From Squalus acanthias (taxonomy: Eukaryota), in assembly GCA_030390025.1 (NCBI GenBank), contig CM059431.1, positions 157,358,001-157,422,000 on the forward strand: DNA of 64,000 nucleotides, written 5' to 3'. Numbering within the stretch: the first letter of the stretch is position 1; each line of letters starts with the position of its first letter. Below, piece by piece: positions 22,897-35,120 of the stretch. Both the position numbers and the translations under genes were made by a program. Below the pieces are notes generated by a model. The model saw only the letters and a program-made list of their open reading frames with translations, was not told the origin of the DNA and made no database searches.

Positions 22897-25800
22897 TCAT
22901 AGAGTCATACATTTATACAGCACAGAAAGAGGAACTTCGGCTCATCCTGTCCGCGCCGGCGATCAAGCCCTGTCTATTTTAATCCCATTTCCCAGCACTT
23001 GGTCCGGAGCCTTGTATGCTATGGCGTTTCAAGTGCTCAACGAAATGCTTCTTGAATGTTGTGAGGGTTCCTGTCACTACCACCCTGTTAGGTAGTGAGT
23101 TCCAGATTCCAATCACACTCTGGGTTAAAACGTTTTTGCTCAAATTCCCTCTTAACCTCCTGCCCCTTAACTTGAAAATACGCACCCTGGATATTTACCC
23201 CACTACTAAGGGGCAAAGTTCCTTCCGAACTACCCTATCCATGCCCCTCATAAATTTATACACCTCAATCAGGTCCCCCCTCAGCCTTCTCTGCTCTAAC
23301 GAAAACAACCCCAGCCTGTCCCGTCTCTCTTCATAGCTGCAGAGCTCCAGCCCAGGTAACATGCTGGTGAAGCTCCTCTGCACCCTCTCCAATGCAATCG
23401 CATCGTTCCTATAGTGTGGCGACCAGAACTGCACACAGTATTCCAGCTGTGGCCTAACTAGCGTTTTGTAAAGCTCCATATGCCTTTTTAACCAGCTTAT
23501 CTACCTTTCCAGCTGCCTTCAGGAATTTATGTACATGCACACCAAGGTCCCCCAGCTCCTCTGTCCTTCCCAGGGTCCTACCATTCATTGTGTAATCCCT
23601 TGCCTTATTATTCCTCCCACAATGCATCACCTAACACTTTTCAGGGTTAAATTCCATTTGCCACTGTTCTGCCCATCTAACCAACATTACTATATCGTCC
23701 TGTAGCCTGAGGCTTCCCTCCTCACTATTTACTATTCCACCAATTTTCGTGTCATCTGCGAACTTACTGTTCATACCTGCTGCATACATATCTAATTCAT
23801 TAATGTACACTACAAACAGCAAAGGACCCAGCACCGATCCCTGCGATACACCACTGGACACAGGCTTTCAGTCACAAAAACAAAACTTCGACCTATAAGC
23901 TCTGCCTCCTGCCACTAAGCCAATTTTGGATCCAATGTGCAAATTGCCGTGGAGCCCATGGGATCTTAGATTATTGACCAGTCCATTATTGGACATTTTC
24001 AAAAGCCTTACTGAAGTCCATGTAGACTACATCAAGTGCACTACCCTCATCCACACACCTAGTCACCCCCTCGAAAAATTCAATCAATTTGGTTAGACAT
24101 GATCTCCCCCTGACAAAGCCATGGTGACTATCCTTGATTTATCCTTGCCTCACCAAGTGGAAACTACTTCTTTCCCTCAGAATGTTTTCCAATAATTTCT
24201 CTACCACTGATGTTAGGCTCACTGGCCTGTAATTCCCTGGTTTATCCCTACTAGCCTTCTTGAATAACACTACTACGTTAGCTGTTCTCCAGTTCTCTGG
24301 CACCTCCCCTGTGGACAGATATGTTCTGAAAATTTGTGTAAGAGGCACAGCAATCTCCTCCCATGCCTCACACAGCAGCATGGGATACATCTCGTCAGGG
24401 CCTGGGGATTTATCAACTTTTTAGCCCGCTAAAAGCGCTAGTACCTCCTCCCTCTCAATACTAATTTGTTCAAGAATATCACAATCCCCCTGCCTAATTT
24501 ATATGCCTGCATCGTCCTACTCCATAGTGAACACAGATGCAAAATATTAATTTAAAACCTCACCTACTTCTTCCGGCTCTACTCACAGGTTGCTACTTTG
24601 GTCCCTAATGGGCCCTACTGTTTCAATGGTTATCCTCTTGCCCTTAATATACTTATAAAACCCCTCGGGATTTTCCTTTATTTTGCCTGCCAGTGCTTTT
24701 TCATGCCCCTCTTCGCTCTCCTAATTTCTTTTTTAATAACCCCCTGCACTTTCTATACTCCTCTTGGTCTTCCACTGTTTTTAGTACTTTGTATCTGCCA
24801 GAAGCTTCCCTTTTGATCCTAATACATTCTTGTATATCCCTTGACATCCAGGTTTCCCTCGGTTTGTTGGTCCCACCCTTGATCTTAACGGCAACATATT
24901 GGCGTTGTGCACTCTCTATTTGCTTTCTGAAAGACTCCCACTGTTCTAATGTGGTTTTCCTACAAGTAGCTAATGCCAGTCCACTTTGGCCAGATCCACC
25001 CATGTAATATTAAAAATCGGCCTTCCCCCAATTTAGGACCTGTATTTCGGGTCCATCTTTATCCCACCGAATTATGGTCACTGTCACCAAAATGCTCTCC
25101 GACTGACACTTCTACCACCTGCCCGCTACATTCCCCAGAATTAAGTCCTGTACAGCCCCACTCTTGTAGGACTTCCTACAATCTGGCTCAGATAGCTCTC
25201 CTGGATGCACTTTAAGAATTCCGCACCTCTAAGCCTTTCACACTCTGACTATCCCAGTTAATATTGGGGAAGTTGAAATCCCCTGCTATTATTACCCTAT
25301 TATTTCTACATTTCTCTGAGATTTGCTGACATAGCTATTCCTCTATCTCTCCCTGACTGTTTAGCGGCCTATAGTATACTCCCAGCAAAGTGATTGCCTC
25401 CTTTATGTTTTTAAGTTCCACCCATATGGCTTCATTAGAGGAACCTGCTAAAATATCATCCCTCCTTACAGCAGTAATTGACTCCTGGATTAATATTGCG
25501 ACACCCCCTCCCCTTTTACACCCCCCTCTTTCTCGACTGAAGATTCTATATCACGAAATATTGAGCTGCAAGTCCTGCCCCTCCCTCAACCATGTCTTTG
25601 TGATAGCAAAAATATCATACTCCATTGTGTTCATCAACATCTTCAATTCATCTGCCTTACTCGCAAGACTCCTTGCATTAAAATAAATGCCAACCAGCCT
25701 TGCCATACTGCCTTGTGCCGTTACATATTTGCTCTGCCTTCCAGGCTGACTTGCTTTTTCCTCGATATTTGGCTGTGCATCACTCCCTACTATAGCTCCA

Positions 25801-27150
25801 CTCCGTATCCCATCACCCTGTCAAGTAATTTTACCCCCCCCCCCCGCCCCCCCAAATGTACTAGCAAACCTCCTCGCAAGGATGTTGGTCCCGTTCCGGT
25901 TCAGGTGCAACCCTTCCGACTTGTAAAGGTCCAACCTTCCCCAGAAGCAGACCCAGTGATCCAGGAAACTAAAGCCCTACCTCCTGAATCAACTCTTTAG
26001 CCACGCAATTATCTGCTCTCTCCTCCTATACCTAGTCTCACTAGCACGTGGCACCAGGAGTAATCCAGAGCTTACAACCTTTGAGGTCCTGCTTTTTAAT
26101 CTGCTACCTAGATCCCTAAATTCTTGTTGCAGGACCACAGCCCTCGTTCTACACATGTCGTTAGAACCAATGTGAACCACGACCTCTGACAGCCCGCCCT
26201 CCCCCTTCAGAATGCCCTGCAGCCGTTCAGCAAATTCCTTGACCCTGGTACCAGGGAGGCAACATACCATCCTGGAATCACATCTGCGGCCACAGAAACG
26301 TCTATCTCTTCCCCTTACGATAGAATCCCCTATCACTATTGCTCTCCCACTCTTTTTCCTCCCCTCCTGTGCAGCTGAGCCACTCGTAGTGCCACGGACT
26401 TGGCTCTTGCTGCATTCCCCCGAGAAACCATCTCCCCCAGCAATATCCAAAACGGAAAATAAGTCGGAGAGGGAGATGGACCCAGTGGATTCCTGCACTA
26501 CAAACCTATTTATTTTACTCTGTCTGGCGGTCACCCATTTCCTGTCTGCCTGTGCACTCTTTACCTGCGATGTGACCACCTCGATAAACGTGCTATCCAC
26601 GAAGATCTCAGCTTCGCGGATGTTGCACAGTGACTCCAGCCGCAGCTCCAGCTCGGAAACGCGGATTCGAGTAGCTGCAGCTCGAGACACTTCCTGCACT
26701 TGTGTTCGCCCTGCACACCGAAAATGTCCCTGGCTTCCCACATAGCAGAGGAGGAGCAGTCCACGGTGCCGAGCTGCCCTGCCATGTCCAACCCTTAATT
26801 TACTCCATTTACTTCCTTTAAATTAAAGAATATTAAATGCACTAGGGACCTTACCTCCCTTTAAATACTTCTTACTCTAAACTATCGATCTTACTTTCAC
26901 TTTAACGACTGGACTGTAGAAGAGTCAACATGTCCTATTTACCAATCAGCTCCTTCCCTGGTTTTGAATCACTTTAGCCGTGTCGCAATTGTTGTTGTAT
27001 TACTGCTCCCGCTCTTTCCAAGGTTTAAAGTAAGAAAAAATTCCTACAGGGTGAAAAGTTAGGAAAAGCAAAGGCGAAGCAAGGGAGCTCCTCTTTCCAC
27101 TCCTCACCCATCTCCTTGACTCACCATGGACAGCACAGAAATTCGTATTG
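22897..27150 (-). mobile_element. Near full-length decayed CR1 LINE with ORF1 (Cys-rich finger plus SGNH esterase) and ORF2
   Basis: ORF 25989-26741 (IVIGDSIVRG, CCLPG, VVVHIGSND), ORF 26561-26791 (CSS..MWE..HKCRKC), fragmented endonuclease and RT ORFs 22979-25700. 5' boundary approximate. Confidence 0.92.
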
Positions 27151-27159
27151 CTCCTGTGC

Positions 27160-28678
27160 TATTGAAACTGTGGAGGGTTAGCTTAACCTGGGCTGTACAT
27201 AGTTTAAGTCTACATTTTCTATTGGGCCTGAAGAGTACCAGAGCACCTTTGTCGATGCAGAATGTTAGAATAAACTGAGATATTTTCCCAGTTGAGTTTC
27301 AGAGTAGCTTGAGATTTGCAGAAAGTCAATGTACATCGGGTTACGAAGAACGTCATGTATGCTGGTCTACTGAATCTGTAGAGGATCAGCGTACCTGGGC
27401 TATTGAGTCTGCAGAGATTAAGTGTACCCAGGGCAATTGGCCTTGTAAACATTAAGAGTGCCCGGGTCTTTAGGGCGTCCAAATAAATTTCGTGCCCTGA
27501 TGTTGGTAGAAGACAAGGGTACCCTGGGCCATTGGACATTTAGAAGGTCAGAGTAAGCTGCGATATTAGGACTTTAGAGGGTCAGGGGTCCTTCAACTTT
27601 CCACCGATGTTATGTCAGAATACCTAAGATATTGCGCATGTAAAGGATCAGAGTACACTGCGTATAAAGAGATTCAGACGCTCGTGGCTATTGGGCCTTT
27701 CGATGTTCAGAGTATGCTGGTTTATTGGGTGTGCAGACGGTCAAAGCAACCTGGGTTACTGGATCACTAAAGGGTCAGTGTACCCTCGGCTATGAAGAGG
27801 ACAGAGTACCTGGGGTACACAAACGAAAAGATTATGCTGGGATATTTGGCATTTAGAGGATCAGATTAACTTGAAAATTGGTGCTTTCCAGGATCTGATT
27901 TTCCTCAGCTACCAGCCTAGGGAAAGTTAGAGTACCTGAGCTATTTGGCCTGTAAAGGATCAGAGTACACTGACGTATAAAGAGGGTCAATCTAAAATGG
28001 CTATTGGGCGTGTAAGTGGTTAGAATGTCTGCGCTACTGAGTCTTTAGCAGGTCAGAATACCAGGGCTATTGAATCTGTAGAGGGACAGAGTACCCTCGG
28101 CTGTGTATTTGTCAGAGAAACCTGGGCTATTAAGTCTGCATAGGCTCAGAATGCCTGGGCTATTGAGTCTGCAGAATGACAGAGTATCGTGTGCTATTGG
28201 GCTTGTATAGGTTCAGAATACATTGGCCCATTAGGTCTGCAGAGTGTCCGAGTACCCTGGGCATTACAGAAGGTAAAATTACGTTAGGATATTGGACATT
28301 TAGAGGGTCAGAGGACCTGGGAAATTGGGTCTTTAGATTCTCTAATTTCCCTCAGGTACTGAGTCTTTACAAAGTCTGTACTGCGGCTATTGAGCCCGGA
28401 AAGGTTCAGATTACCTGACCTATAAAGAAGGACAGGATACCCTGATCTATTGGGCTTCAGAATGTCAAATTACTCGAGGCGATGTTCCTATAGAGGGTAA
28501 GAGCACCTTGCTAATGCAGCGGGTAAGAGTAACCAGAGTTATTGGCATTGTAGAGGCTCATATTACCCTGGGATTTGCAGAGGGCTTGAGCGCCGTGGTA
28601 GAGGGTAAGACTACCCTCGGGTATTGGGCCTAAAGCGAGTCAGCTTATTCTGTGACTTTGGGCTTTTAGAGCGTCAAC
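27160..28678 (+). repeat. Degenerate ~33-bp minisatellite, right part
   Basis: Same cagagtacc(c)tgggctattg..ctgtagagggt unit as 20080-20604. Confidence 0.8.
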
Positions 28679-28679
28679 T

Positions 28680-28795
28680 ATGCTGCCGCGTTTCCTAGAT
28701 CAAAACAGTGACTACACCTTAAAAAAGGTAATTAATTGCCTGTGAAGCGCTTTGGGACGTCCTGAAACGCTATATTATTGTAATGCTTTATTTCC
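28680..28795 (+). mobile_element. 3' fragment of Deu-SINE/L2-type tail
   Basis: gctgccgcgtttccta..t.aaaacagtgactacac...tgtgaagcgctttgggacgtc matches 43492-43590. Confidence 0.75.
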
Positions 28796-30674
28796 TCTAT
28801 ATTTCTAAAAGGAGGAAATATCTTGGCTATAGTGATCAGCGTATAATACCGTTTAAGATAATAATTGAGAAGGACTAATGAATAACAAAGACGAGGTTAG
28901 TATTTTGGATCAACGCTGATTTTGAGTGGTTGAGAATAGAACTTGGGACATAACGTGGGCAGTAATATTGGGAAACAATGAGGTAGAACAGCACTGGGAA
29001 ACATTAAAAAAATTCGTCAGAAGTGTCCATGAAAAATATATTCAGCTAAAAAACAAGAACAAACTAAGCACTAATAAGACGCCATGGATGAATACAGGTA
29101 TTGGGGGGAAATTGAGGTAACAAAAGCGGCATAAACGAAGTATATGGACAGCAGCGGAGATTGTGCCAATGGAGAATAAAAGAGATTAGGAGAGAAGTAA
29201 AAAAGAAGAGATGCAAACAGGAACTATTAAATTATATTATCAAGGTTCATAGAACAAAATAGTAAAACAAAAATTCTACAGACACACAAATAAAAAAATG
29301 GAAAATCGGGATGTGAAAAGGCCACTAAAGGACGGTCGGGATAAAATCATCGGCAGCGATAGCGAAATGGCGGATATAAAAAACTAATTACTTTGCTTCA
29401 GTATTTACTAGGGAAACGGTCGGGTGGACATGATATCGGAAGATGAAATTAGAAATGATATAACCGCATTTAAAATAAATAAAGAGGAGCAATATTAAAT
29501 AAAACATTCACACTCAAAGATGATAACAACCCTTAGTCTGAACGGATTGCATCCGTGCATTTTAAAAGAATCTAGATAAGATAACAAAGGCACTTGACAC
29601 ATATTTAATAATTCTTCAACAACGTGTAGTGCTGGAGGACCGGTGATAGCTAAAGATGTGTCTATATTAAAGAAGAGCGATAGTACATGTTCAGGGAATT
29701 ATAGACCAATCAGCTTAATATCGGTGGTAGGAAAAATAAAGGAAACCAAACTAAAGTTGAAAACAGAAAAACATCCAGGAACAAAAACTATAATAATGAA
29801 TAGTAATCATGGATTTCTAACTGAAAAGTCTTGCTCGATCAACCTCAATGAATCCTTCGATAAGGTAACAGATGGAGCAGACAAACATAATACATTCGAC
29901 GGAATATATGTAGTATTATAACAGGCATTTGATAAGGTACCGCATAATAGACTAATGAAACAGGTCCAAGCATGCGGAGTAGGTAAACAAGTAGAAGAAT
30001 TGATAGCTAGCAAGTTGCAAGACAGAAAGCAGGGCGTGGGGGTAAACGATAGCTATTCACAGTGTCAGAAGATGGGAACTGGAGGCCCGCAAGGATCACT
30101 GCTGGGACCACTGCTGTTCACAATTTATATTAAAGATTTAGACTTTGGAATCAAAAGGACGATTTCTAAATTTGCGAACGACACCAAATTGGGGGGGGGG
30201 GGGGGGGGGGGATTCAATACTAAGGAAGACGGCAACAAATTACAAGAAGACATTACTTAACTTGCAGAAAGGTAATATGATGGGCAAATGCAATTCAACA
30301 CAGATAAGTGTTACCTTTGGAAAGAAAAGTAAGGAGGTCACATATTACTTGTAAAGTAAGAATCTAAATGGGGTAGCGGGGCAAGCTGATCTGGGAGTGC
30401 AATTTCACAAATCAGTAAACAATGCGACGCAGGTTAATAATTCCAGAAAAATGTAAACCAAGCAGTAGAGTTTATTTCTAGAAGGAAAGAATTGAAAAAT
30501 TAACAGTAATGCTGAACTTGTAAGGCAACCTGGTTCGACATCACGTGTAGTATGATGTACAGCTCTCGTCGCCATATTTTAACAATAGTATAGAGGCACA
30601 GGAGAGGTTGCAAAGAAGATTTACAAGGATGGTAGCAGAATTGTGAGGTTATACCTATCAGAGGTAATCTAAAT

Positions 30675-32290
30675 ATTAGCATACCTTATGTATAAGTATA
30701 AAATATGTTAGCATCGATAGAGGATTGGTTAACGGACAGTAAACAGGGAGTACGGACAAACCGGTCATTTTCATGCTGGCAGTCTGTACCTAGTCGGGTG
30801 ACGCAACGATCAGTGCTGGCGCATCAGCTATTTACAATCTAAGATGAAGGGACCGAGTGTAATGTGTCCAAGTTTGTTGACAAAGCTAGGTGGGATAAGA
30901 AGATGTGAGGAGGACACAACAAGGCTGCAAAGCGATTTAGACAGTTTAAGTGAGTGGGGTATAAGTTGACAGCTAGAGAGTATAATGGGGGGATCGGTGA
31001 GGTTGTTCACTTTGGAAGGAAGAATACATAAACGGAATATGTTTTAAATAGTGAGAAAGTAGAAAAGGTTGGTGTTCTGAGAGATTTAGCTGTCCTCGTA
31101 CAAGAAACATAGAAAGTTAGCATGCAGGCACAGCAAGCAATTAGGAAGGCAAATGGCATGTTGGCCTTTATTGCAAGGGGTTTGGAGTACAAGATTAAGG
31201 AAGTTGTGCTACAATTATACAGGGCTTTGGTAAGACCACACCTGGAGTATTGTGCACAGTTTTGGTCTCCTTATCCGAGGAGGCGGTGCAATGAAGGCTC
31301 GCTAATTTGATTCCTGCGATCAGAGAGTTGTCCTATGAGGAGAGATTGAGTAGTTTGGGCTTGTGATCTCTGGAGTTTAGAAGAATAAGAGGTGATCTAA
31401 TTGAAACATATAAGATTATGAGGGGTTTGACAGGGTAGATGCTAAGGAGTTGTTTCCCTTGGCTGGATAGTCTTGAACTAGAGGGCTTGGTCTCAGGATC
31501 AGTGGTCCGCTATTTAAGTCTAAGATGAGGAGGAATTTTTTCACTCAGAGGGTTGTGAATATTTGGAATTCTCTGCAACAGATGTATGTGGATGCTGAGT
31601 TGTTGAATATACTCAAGTTTGGGATAAATAGATTTTTTGCTCTAGTGGATTCCAGGGAGATAGGGATAGAACGGGACTGGGGAGTTGAGGTCGAATATCA
31701 GCCATGATGTTCAGCTATTTCAGTGTCAGAGTCAGCTGTGGCTCTGTTGTTGCCACATTCGCCTCTGTGGGAAAAAGATGGTGGATTTAAATCTCACTCC
31801 AGGGATTTGAACACATTAACTCTAGGCTGAAAGTCCAGTGCAGTAGTGAGGGAGCGCTGCTCTATCGCAGGTGCCGTCTTTCGGATGAGACTTTAATGCG
31901 AGGCCACGTCTGCCTTCTTAGGAGGTCCGAAAAGATCCCATGGCTCTATTTCGAAAGGAGCGGTGTCCTGGGGCTCAATATTTAAGCCTCAATCAACATC
32001 ACGAAAACAGATTATCTGATTTAGTCATATTGCTGTTTGTGCGAGCTAGCTTTGCAAAGTTTTGATGCTACGTTTCCTACATTACAACAGTGACAACAGT
32101 TCAAAAAGAACAAAATTGGCTGTAAAGCGCTTTTGGACCTGCGGTGGCTGCCTAAGAGACAGGGTTGTGAGAGGCACTGTAGAAATGTAACTATTTCTTT
32201 CTTTTCTTCATCATCTTATTGAATGGCGGAGCAGACACGACAGGCCATGTGGCCTACTCCTGCTTCTATTTCGTATGTGCTTACGTTCGT
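30675..32290 (+). mobile_element. 5'-truncated CR1 LINE, interrupted in its 3' UTR by a SINE
   Basis: ORF 31122 (KANGMLAFIARGLEYK); tail atcagccatgat at 31698 resumes as atcttattgaatggcggagcag at ~32213. Confidence 0.88.
31723..32205 (+). mobile_element. Deu-domain SINE (SacSINE1/AmnSINE-like)
   Basis: tctaggctga..tccagtgcagta.tgagggag.gctgc...gtgccgtctttcggatgagac...aaagatcccatggc.ctatttcga. Confidence 0.82.
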
Positions 32291-32778
32291 ATTTCTTTAA
32301 AATTATGAAAAATTTTGATAGTGTGGACACAGAGCGTGTTTGCACTTGTGTGGAGGAGCAAAACTAGAGGTCAGCAATATAAGATACTCAAAAAGAAAAC
32401 AAATAGGAAATTCAGAAGAAACTATTTAACTAGAAAGTGGTGAGAATGTGGAACTCGCTACCACAGGGACTAGTGGAGGAGAATAGTGTAGATGCGTTTA
32501 AGAGAAGCACGATAATCATATGCGGGATAGGGATTTGAGGTTTATGCTAATATATTTAGAATAGGAAGTATGGGAGGAGACTCGAGTGGGGCATAAACGC
32601 TGATATAGAATTCTTGGGCAGAATAGACTGTTTGTCTGGTGTTCAATTCTATTAAGTCTATGTAATTACCGAATGATAAATGGGTGCAAGTAGCAAGAGT
32701 CATTGATCGATCGCTCTCAGATTCTTGTTATGAAACAGCAGTAGCAATGACACAACAACCTCTCTGAGTTAAAACGTC

Positions 32779-33435
32779 GGCCCTCAATCTACGATCGGAA
32801 GCTTCCCGTGGGCGGGAAGTATATATGCTTGCGGTCTTGGGCCTCTGCGGGTAGGCACGGGCAGAGGCCCACTTTCCCATGGAGCGCATGCGGTTCACAA
32901 GCGCCTTAGGGATCACGTGGGCCGGCCGTAAAAGTAAAAGAAGGGAATCCCCATTCATATCTATGGGAGTTCCGTCCGTACTGAATACCCATAAGTATGA
33001 ATTAGGGTCACTATAAAAATACACGAACACATGAAATAAATAAAACATAACAATACATATTTAAAATTAATTAAGATCATTTAATTAAGTATTTTACACG
33101 AAAATTTCATTTTTTGAAAAATTATTTTTATATGTTTTAATGGGGCTAAAAATAAACTTAACTTTATTGGACAGGGTTTGTAATGCATACATCAGTGATA
33201 ACATTTATTTTTTCTATTTTTATTACAACCGTTATGCTGGCATTCAGCGGGCGGAATTTGGGGCAATATGCACAACTCTGCATCCGCGGAGACCCTTCTC
33301 CCGCGGATGCGGAGGATTGTTGACAGACCGCGAGTTCGGGCTTTCAGAGCAGGCGCGTCGCATGCCTAAACCCGGAACTTGCACGGCACCTACGGGCACC
33401 TCGTACGCACACGTCGGGATCGCTAAAAACGGCCC
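32779..33435 (-). mobile_element. MITE (PIF/Harbinger-type), reverse orientation, more diverged
   Basis: Ends ggccctcaat / aaaaacggccc, flanks gtc/gtt; paralogous site at ~48685 (gagttgaaacgctgtgtttgga) lacks the insert. Confidence 0.78.
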
Positions 33436-33716
33436 GTTGTGTTTGGAAATATCTTCCAGTGTCAATGGGTTAGGTACCCGTGGCTGGAAACATTGGATAT
33501 CTTTGTTAATTTGGGACTGTGTTATATTTTGAAAATTCTCGACCTCTAACTCTATACAAATACGTCATAAATAACCAATATATTTCAAATGTACTCAACA
33601 TAGAAGTATTTTTTCGTCTGAGGTTAAATTTACACGGTTTATACTGTTAAAAGACGATATTGCTCATGAGTTAATTTCTAAAAAGAAATTGTGCTCGGTA
33701 AATTCCGGGTCATCAC

Positions 33717-34115
33717 CTTGAGCTGCTGTTCCTGATGCTGGTTCCAGAGAGACTGGATAAGTTAGCGTTGTGGGTGCGCCAGTTTAATGAACACACCCTG
33801 GGTAAAGATCAGTTGCACGTCACAGTCATAAAGACGGCCTTAAGTCTGAAAAGTGGAATCCCTCCCCGCCATGACCTCCATGCAGGACTCGATCTGAATC
33901 TTACACAGCCTCTTCCATTTGAAATGGTATGAACAATTATTGATCTTTTACACAAAATCGTTGAACGTTTGCGAGGTAATTATAGTTACATTTCCATCAA
34001 AACCTCAATCTGCGATGCAGAAGACCTCACATCATAACCTGGTTCTGCAGGCGGAATCAGTTCCGGTTCCTCAATTCGAGTATATTGCTCATCATAAAAG
34101 CTCTTTATTATCGGA
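33717..34115 (-). pseudogene. IgV-like exon, copy 2
   Basis: Acceptor ctgtggacttttatag|TC, weak donor CAAG|gtgatg, 399 nt (phase 1-1 compatible); multiple stops. Confidence 0.5.
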
Positions 34116-34147
34116 CTATAAAAGTCCACAGATAACAAGGGACAAAG

Positions 34148-34438
34148 ATCATAGAATCATTGAATATAGGAGCAGGAGTAGGCCATTCGGACCCTCGAGC
34201 CTGCTCCGCCATTCAAGAGATCTTGGCTTAACATCGAAAATCGTTACCCAGTCCCTGCCTTCTCCCCATATCCCTTGATCCCTTTAGCCTTAAGAAATAT
34301 ATCTAATTCCTTCTTGAATATAGTTAATGAATTGGCCTCAACTGCCTTCTGTGCTAGAGAATTCCACAGGTTCACCACTCTTTGGGTGAATAAATTCCTC
34401 CTCATCTCTGTCTTAAATGTCTTACTCCTTATCCTTCG
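34148..34438 (-). mobile_element. CR1 LINE 3' end
   Basis: ORF 34244-34450 (TEMRRNLFTQRVVNLWNSL). Confidence 0.9.
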
Positions 34439-34439
34439 G

Positions 34440-35120
34440 TTATAGACCAACAGCTTTATTTGAAATCACAAGATTTCGGAGCGCTGCTCCTTCGTCAGGT
34501 GAAGTGAAGAGATGCATATAGGCACAGCATATATAGTCAGAGAACACTGCCAGATGATTAAAGTTAATCTTTCTAACTGCCCTTTATCACACCTCGGCAG
34601 AGAGATAATCACGGCAATCAAAGGTGTGGATGGTGTCCAAACAGGTCAGTCAGGAAAACATTACATCAAAGACAATGAGGTGGGGTCACAAGGAGTCAAA
34701 TGTGGCAGATGCTGGGGTCGGTATGGAAAACAGAAAACTTTTTTTGCTGGAAATCACAGCAGGTCCGGCCGCATCTGTGTAGAGAGAACAAGCCAATGAC
34801 GACTCGAATCTGGATGACTCTACGTCAGTTGGCGTTACCTGTAGCGTGACATGAACCTAAGATCCCGGTTGAGGCCGTCCTCATGGGTGTAGAACTTGGC
34901 TATCAGTTGCAGCTCGACGATTTTGCGTTGCCGTGTGTCTACATCGGCGCGACCATGCAGACACTGCGACATCGTATGAATGGAATCCGCACAACTATCG
35001 CCAGGCAGGAGTGTTCTCTCCCAGTCCGGGAACACTTCAGAAGTCAAGGACATTCAGCCTCGATCTTCAGGTAAGCGTTCACCAGGGCGGCCTTCGAGAC
35101 ACACGACAACGCAAAATCAG
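34440..35120. mobile_element. Rearranged Penelope-like element fragments (GIY-YIG end, inverted junction)
   Basis: Plus strand YIGATMQTLRHRMNG...PVREHF (34935-35118); minus strand RKIVELQLIAKFYTHEDGLNRD (34835-34930); terminal hammerhead motif. Confidence 0.8.
34467..34501 (-). ncRNA. Minimal hammerhead ribozyme motif (Penelope-associated), degenerate stem III
   Basis: cacCTGACGAaggagcagcgctccGAAAtcttgtg: CUGANGA core, ggag/ctcc stem II, GAAA. Confidence 0.65.

Larger units (their letters stand above)
28830..32665 (+). mobile_element. Old CR1 LINE, interrupted at ~30675-32290 by a younger CR1
   Basis: ORFs 29643 (GNYRPISLISVVGKI) and 29955 (GPQGSLLGPLLF, SKFANDTKL); 3' end resumes at ~32295. 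Same family as 15832-19140. Confidence 0.85.

Noticed and set aside
20080..28678. CRISPR-like repeat-spacer structure
   Set aside because: Units are contiguous degenerate copies, not constant repeats with unique spacers.
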